DNA of 64,000 bases from Candidatus Lloydbacteria bacterium (GTDB taxonomy: Bacteria; Patescibacteriota; Minisyncoccia; Phycocordibacterales; UBA6899), in NCBI GenBank assembly GCA_043719805.1, contig JAYSTI010000055.1, positions 2,760 to 66,759 on the forward strand, written 5' to 3'. Below are positions 58,820-64,000 of this stretch, in pieces; position 1 is the first letter of the stretch; each line of letters opens with the position of its first letter. The translations under genes were made by a program, and so were the position numbers. Under the pieces are notes generated by a model. That model searched no databases, was not told the origin of the DNA, and saw only the letters and a list, made by a program, of their open reading frames with translations.

Positions 58820-59704
58820 ATGGAACAACACATCCGCCACAACAAACCGACCGGCATGACTAAGGGAGAGAAGATTCGCTCATGGAATGCGATTGAGCAA
58901 GGACTCACCCTGCAATCTTCACCTTTTTCATACGTCACATTCCTGAAGCGCGCACACAACAAGATTATTGCCGCGATTCTCGGCATCCTTATCTTAGGTG
59001 GCGGTGCAGCAACTGCATACGCAAGCAATGCCAAACCCGGAGACATTCTGTTTCCTGTCGCCATCGCAAAAGAAAAAACACAAATTCTCTTTGCGGGAAG
59101 CACGGAAAAGAAAAAAGCACTTCAAGTGCGATTTGCTCAAAGGCGCCTCGCAGAGGTGCGTGAACTTGCGTCACTCGCGGAGTCATCAGAAGAAGATGCC
59201 TCGAGTCCGAACATCGCAGCGGGAACTCCCGTAACCACTTCGAGGGAGTCGGCAAAGAGAAAAGATCGGGCGAGGCACGGTGCAGAAGTTGCACTACGCG
59301 AACTCCACGCAACACGCGACATTCTTAGCCATGATGAAAATCAAGATGCGACGAACTCTGTCGACGATATTATTTCAGAGGTCAGCGCTGTTTCTCTTCA
59401 TGGAGGGCGAGGTGGCAAGAACAGAGAGCGCAGGGGCAAACAGAATACTCCCGACGAATCATCAACGACAACACCTTCGTCTCAACGCCAATACGACCAA
59501 AAGGAAGATCGCGGTGCGAAAACTGAGACCGAGACGCATGCTGATGACTCAGAAAAAAATAGTGACAACGCCGAAGTTAAAACAAGGAGCAGTAGAGGGC
59601 GTTATGAATACAAAAATGAGACGGCTGATGGAGAAGTGAGATTTCAGACACCCGCATCAACAGACGCTAGCGGCCATGAGGAGTCGGATGACGAAGACCG
59701 GTAG
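58820..59704 (+). CDS. Putative anti-sigma factor or membrane partner of the ECF sigma (single TM, low-complexity acidic C-terminus)
   Basis: It starts 2 nt after the sigma-factor stop. TM segment IIAAILGILILGGGAATAYA. Confidence 0.5.
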   Translation: MEQHIRHNKPTGMTKGEKIRSWNAIEQGLTLQSSPFSYVTFLKRAHNKIIAAILGILILGGGAATAYASNAKPGDILFPVAIAKEKTQILFAGSTEKKKALQVRFAQRRLAEVRELASLAESSEEDASSPNIAAGTPVTTSRESAKRKDRARHGAEVALRELHATRDILSHDENQDATNSVDDIISEVSAVSLHGGRGGKNRERRGKQNTPDESSTTTPSSQRQYDQKEDRGAKTETETHADDSEKNSDNAEVKTRSSRGRYEYKNETADGEVRFQTPASTDASGHEESDDEDR

Positions 59705-59781
59705 CAGTTTATCCACAGTTTATCAGAAGCTTTTCCACAGACTTACGCACTCAACCACGTAAGCATGAAATTGTCGCAAAA

Positions 59782-60984
59782 TTAGACGACGAATTCTTTT
59801 TCTACCTCAATCAACCGCTCGTACTTCACCCGCCGTTCTTTTTGCGTCGGTGCGCCGGCTTTTAATCCGTACGCGCCAATACCAACAGCGAGATCCGCAA
59901 TGAAGGAATCCTCAGTCTCCCCCGAGCGATGACTCGCGACCAGCTTCCACCCTGCGTCCCTTGTAAGTCGCACGGTCGCAAACACCTCTGTGAGTGTCCC
60001 CACTTGATTGGGTTTGATAATCATTGCGTTCGCGCGGCTTTCATCAATCATTTCTTTGGTGATTGCGGGATTGGTAACCGTGAGGTCATCTCCAATGATA
60101 AGCGTGCGAGCACCAAGCTCAGCGGTGATGCGTCGGAACGCAGGGAAATCTTTCTCATCAAACGGGTCTTCAATGCTCCTCAGGTGAAATTTATTGACAA
60201 GGTTTTCATAAACATCAAAAAGTTCGTCACTACTATGTGGTGCACCCTCAAGGATATATTTCCCGTCATGGAAAAATTCTGATGCCGCCGCATCAATTGC
60301 GAGAAACGCCGCGGCCTCGGCCCCCATCGCTTCGCTTAACAGTGCGAACGGTGTTTCAATGCCATTCAAATTTGGTGAATATCCACCTTCATCGCCCATG
60401 GGAACTTCGCCGTAACGCTCCTTAATAAGCGTACCGAGTGTTTCAAATATCGCATTTGCTTTTGCGTATGATTCCGAGGGGCCCGCAGCACCAACTGCGA
60501 CAATGTATTCCTGAAACGGAAGCCGAAATGATGCATGCGCTCCGCCGTTCAACATGTTCATGTAAAGACGAGGGAGCGACGGGGTAAATCCGCCGATATC
60601 CGCGAGACATTTCCACACAGGAACTCCTCTCTCTTGCGCAGCAAGTCGCATGGCAGCAACGGAAACTCCAAGCATCGCATTCGCACCGAGGTGCGTCTTC
60701 GTCGGAGTACCGTCAATCGCGATGAGTTTCTCGTCGATTGCGGTGGGGTCAAGCTGCGCACCACGAAGTGCATCATTGATGAGCGTATTCACGTTTGCGA
60801 TTGCAGTGGTGACACCTCTTCCGTCTGCATCACGCAACTCACATGCCTCGCGCGTTCCCGCGCTTTTTCCCGAGGGAACAGAAGAACAAGCGGAGAATTC
60901 TCCGCTTGTCATCGTCACTTCTAAGGTCGGACTTCCTCGTGAATCAAGAACTTCTTTCGCCCGTACTCCGGTGATTATCGCCAT
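59782..60984 (-). CDS. eno: Enolase
   Basis: AKEVLDSRGSPTLEV and SHRSGETEDSFIADLAV. Confidence 0.95.
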   Translation of the reverse strand: MAIITGVRAKEVLDSRGSPTLEVTMTSGEFSACSSVPSGKSAGTREACELRDADGRGVTTAIANVNTLINDALRGAQLDPTAIDEKLIAIDGTPTKTHLGANAMLGVSVAAMRLAAQERGVPVWKCLADIGGFTPSLPRLYMNMLNGGAHASFRLPFQEYIVAVGAAGPSESYAKANAIFETLGTLIKERYGEVPMGDEGGYSPNLNGIETPFALLSEAMGAEAAAFLAIDAAASEFFHDGKYILEGAPHSSDELFDVYENLVNKFHLRSIEDPFDEKDFPAFRRITAELGARTLIIGDDLTVTNPAITKEMIDESRANAMIIKPNQVGTLTEVFATVRLTRDAGWKLVASHRSGETEDSFIADLAVGIGAYGLKAGAPTQKERRVKYERLIEVEKEFVV

Positions 60985-60990
60985 ATTGCG

Positions 60991-63405
60991 CTATCGGCCG
61001 AGACGCTTTTCCTCCTCCGCGACCTCAAAGAGCATCGGTATAATAGAGTCCGGGTTAAGAGAAACCGTTTCGATCCCCTCCTGAATAAGGAAGCGTAAGA
61101 AATCGGGGAAGTCTGATGGTGCCTGTCCGCAAATGCCGATATATTTCCCGCGTATCTTACATGCCTTGATGGCCATCGAGATAAGCATCTTCACTGAAGG
61201 ATCTTTTTCGTTTGTGATGCCGGCAACAATTCCTGAATCACGGTCCGAGCCGACGGTGCACTGAGTCAAATCGTTGGAGCCAATAGAGAAACCATCAAAG
61301 ATATCGAGAAACTCGTCAGCGCGAAGCACGTTTGAAGGAATTTCACACATCACGTAGACATGTAATCCGTCCTCGTCCTTGCGTAGTCCGAATTCCGCCA
61401 TTGTCGCGAGCACCTTCTTTCCTTCATCTGGAGTACGGCAGAACGGGACCATCACATGTGTATTTTTAAGTCCGTAAGTATTGCGGACGCGAAGTATCGC
61501 ATCACACTCAAGCTTGAATGCATCCTTAAATTTTGGATCGTAGTAACGGGATGCACCGCGCCATCCGAGCATTGGATTCTCTTCCGAGGGCTCGTACGCT
61601 TCTCCTCCAAGCAGTGTCCGATATTCATTGGTCTTAAAGTCCGAAAAACGAACGATGACCTGATGCGGGTAGGAGGCTGCGGCAATTTGCGCAATTCCCT
61701 CTGCGAGCTTTTGAACGTAGAACTCCACCTTGTCGGGGTACCCTATCGTGCGTGCATCGATCTTCTTCCGTAGCTCAGGGGCGAGCTTCGCATAATCGAG
61801 AAGGGCCTTTGGATGGATGCCGATCTGCGACATGATGATGAATTCCTCGCGCGCTAATCCGACGCCTTTATGTGGAAGATGTGCGTACATAAATGCAGCC
61901 TCGGGGCTTCCGACATTCATTGCAATCTTTGTCTTTGTCTCCGGAACCTGCGAAAGGTCTTCGACTCGCTCTTCCCATTCCAATTTTCCGGGATAGATAT
62001 AGCCGACTGAACCTGATGATGCATCTACTGTTAGCACCATTCCGGTCTTCAGCTTATCCATCTCTTCCATTCCGATACCGATGACGGCGGGGATGCCGAG
62101 CTCACGAGAAACGATAGCTGCATGCGATGTGCGCCCACCTTTTGCGGTGATGATAGCGGATGCCATCTTCATGATGGGCTCCCAATCCGGGTCGGTCATT
62201 TCGGTAATCAAAATTTCTCCCTTCTTGAATTCCTCGAGCTTGGACGCCGACAGAATTACGCGCGCAGTTCCGGTGGCAATCTTTCCGCCAACGCAGATTC
62301 CGTGCGTAATTGCCGGGGGGGCATTCTTCTGCAAAAGATACTCGGTGATTGAAAGACCCTTCTTCTCAGACTGCACCGTCTCGGGACGCGCCTGTACAAT
62401 ATAGAGTTTTCCGTCAACGCCATCCTTTGCCCACTCGATATCCATCGGTGTTGGCTTGCCGAAGCGCGCTGTGTAATGTTCCTCAATGATCATTCCCCAC
62501 TGCGCGAGCTCGATGACCTCGTCGTCTGAAAGTGAAAATCGTATTTGATCTGCGAGTGGGACAGCGACCTCCTTGACCGGAGAATCCTGTTTTTCCGTAT
62601 ACACCATCATCATTTTCTTTTCACCGAGTGACTTCTTCACGATAGATTTGAATCCCTCACGCAATGTCGGCTTGAAAAGCATGAACTCATCCGGTGTTAC
62701 CTTGCCCTGAACGACCATCTCGCCGAGTCCATATGATGAATTTATCTCAATGACATCCTTAAAGCCGGTTTCCGTATCGATAGTGAACATGACTCCAGAT
62801 GTCCCCTTGTCTGAGCGGGCCATCTTCTGAACACCCACAGAAAGAGCGACGTCAAAATGACTGAATCCCTTGTCGACGCGGTATGAAATGGCACGGTCAT
62901 TGAAAAGAGACGCCATTGCCTCACGGGTCTTTTTGATGACCTGCTCTGCCCCGTAAACGTTGAGATAAGTCTCGTGCTCGCCGGCGAACGATGCACCGGG
63001 AAGATCTTCGGCTGTAGCAGATGAGCGCACTGCGACATCAGCCTCTTTGACGCCGTATGACTTGGAGATTTCTCCGTATGCCTTGGTGATATCATCGCGT
63101 AGGACCTGAGGAAATTCTACCTTCAAGAATGCAGCACGCACGGTTTTGCCGGCGTTCTGCAAAGCCTTGATATTCGTCGTATCAAGACCCGTAAGCTCTT
63201 TCTTTATGATTTCAGCGAGTCCTGAGTTATTGATGAAATCGCGATATGCCTTTGCGGTCACGATGAATCCGTTCGGGACACGAATTCCCTTACTCGCGAG
63301 TGCGGTATACATTTCGCCAAGGGAAGCGTTCTTCCCGCCAACTATCTGCACATCGTCATTGCCCACCTGATCGAACCATAGAATCGTTTGTTCTGTTTTG
63401 ATCAT
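60991..63405 (-). CDS. ppsA: Phosphoenolpyruvate synthase (pyruvate, water dikinase)
   Basis: N-terminal ATP-grasp region, phosphohistidine domain GGRTSHAAIVSRELGIPAVIG and a C-terminal PEP-utilizing TIM barrel. Length 804 aa. Confidence 0.85.
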   Translation of the reverse strand: MIKTEQTILWFDQVGNDDVQIVGGKNASLGEMYTALASKGIRVPNGFIVTAKAYRDFINNSGLAEIIKKELTGLDTTNIKALQNAGKTVRAAFLKVEFPQVLRDDITKAYGEISKSYGVKEADVAVRSSATAEDLPGASFAGEHETYLNVYGAEQVIKKTREAMASLFNDRAISYRVDKGFSHFDVALSVGVQKMARSDKGTSGVMFTIDTETGFKDVIEINSSYGLGEMVVQGKVTPDEFMLFKPTLREGFKSIVKKSLGEKKMMMVYTEKQDSPVKEVAVPLADQIRFSLSDDEVIELAQWGMIIEEHYTARFGKPTPMDIEWAKDGVDGKLYIVQARPETVQSEKKGLSITEYLLQKNAPPAITHGICVGGKIATGTARVILSASKLEEFKKGEILITEMTDPDWEPIMKMASAIITAKGGRTSHAAIVSRELGIPAVIGIGMEEMDKLKTGMVLTVDASSGSVGYIYPGKLEWEERVEDLSQVPETKTKIAMNVGSPEAAFMYAHLPHKGVGLAREEFIIMSQIGIHPKALLDYAKLAPELRKKIDARTIGYPDKVEFYVQKLAEGIAQIAAASYPHQVIVRFSDFKTNEYRTLLGGEAYEPSEENPMLGWRGASRYYDPKFKDAFKLECDAILRVRNTYGLKNTHVMVPFCRTPDEGKKVLATMAEFGLRKDEDGLHVYVMCEIPSNVLRADEFLDIFDGFSIGSNDLTQCTVGSDRDSGIVAGITNEKDPSVKMLISMAIKACKIRGKYIGICGQAPSDFPDFLRFLIQEGIETVSLNPDSIIPMLFEVAEEEKRLGR

Positions 63406-63456
63406 ATCGTTTTAACTAATCTCCTAATAATTTCGCCCATTTTTAATTTACAAACG

Positions 63457-64000
63457 TCACCCCTTGTCACTTAATATTAAATAAAAATCCGCCACATTGA
63501 TTCCGGTACGTCCGGTCACAATCGCTCCGCCATTCGTCTTCCAAAAATGATAGGAATCGTTAGCGCGGAGAAAGGTGTTCGGATCGAGGTGGGCATTTTT
63601 TGCACGCTCACGATCTCCCGCATCCACGATTGCCCCCGCAATGCTCGTATTATCCCACCCATCAGATGCGGCCGCAATGATAACCATGTGATGAGGAATA
63701 TGTGCCACTGCGCCTAGAGCCAATTCCTGATTACGCCCTCCCTCACCCGCGTTTTTTGTGAGACGCACCGTCGTCTCTCCGCCGTAGAGATAGCAGGAGC
63801 CCGGCGGTATGGGCACCGTCGTGAACGCCGCACCAAGGTCAGCGGCAATTCCCTCAAGTGCCGTATCGCGAATTTCTGCGTGGTATCCCAACGCCTTCGC
63901 TCTTGCCTCCATGGCAGTGAGCGCGATGCTGTTCGTCACCATAAGAATGTTCGTCACTTTTTTGAAGTACTTCTCATCTTTCGGCGTCTCGGACACCCGG
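63457..64000 (-). CDS. Glycerate kinase, MOFRL-family C-terminal domain. The 5' end of the gene runs off the window.
   Basis: GGETTVRLTKNAGEGGRNQELALG. The ORF continues past 64000. Confidence 0.6.
   Translation of the reverse strand, partial: RVSETPKDEKYFKKVTNILMVTNSIALTAMEARAKALGYHAEIRDTALEGIAADLGAAFTTVPIPPGSCYLYGGETTVRLTKNAGEGGRNQELALGAVAHIPHHMVIIAAASDGWDNTSIAGAIVDAGDRERAKNAHLDPNTFLRANDSYHFWKTNGGAIVTGRTGINVADFYLILSDKG

Overview
This window is a gene-dense stretch of a bacterial chromosome, about 50-55% GC by eye, with mostly housekeeping genes. The long minus-strand operons, overlapping start/stop codons and many hairpin-plus-T-run terminators are consistent with a small-genome bacterium, possibly a CPR/Patescibacteria-like lineage. 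That is an inference from gene content (class II archaeal/eukaryote-type GlyRS, type-2 IleRS, short RecO, many membrane-anchored hypothetical surface proteins), not a database result.

Recognisable genes include ftsK, recA, efp, the rpsF-ssb-rpsR cluster, tatD, metG, glyQS, recO, ileS, two tandem HesB/IscA genes, argS, tmk, dCMP deaminase, the rplK-nusG-secE cluster, glmS, murD, ftsH, guaB, an L,D-transpeptidase operon, dedA, mscL, two ECF sigma/anti-sigma pairs, eno, ppsA and a partial glycerate kinase.

The items most worth a second look are:
- The isoleucyl-tRNA synthetase carries a complete histidine-phosphatase (phosphoglycerate-mutase-like, RHGE...H) domain of about 200 aa, inserted exactly at the split zinc-knuckle/linker site of a type-2 IleRS.
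- A compositionally distinct high-GC three-gene island (about 35.7-38.6 kb, roughly 65-70% GC against about 50-55% background) sits between the secE-nusG-rplK operon and a SIMPL-family gene. It encodes a Cys-rich signal-peptide/TM protein and has its own terminators.
- A pair of about 60-nt direct repeats lies downstream of ftsK. Each copy folds into a hairpin, and the inner stems carry compensatory (covarying) changes.
- A multi-stem structured intergenic element lies 3' of guaB, and another structured region lies near the window start.
- Two paralogous P-loop kinases with a T4 dNMP-kinase-like motif pattern flank tmk and dCMP deaminase.

No rRNA, tRNA, CRISPR array or transposase was identified by eye. 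All coordinates and motifs come from reading the sequence and the ORF translations; no searches or computations were run.
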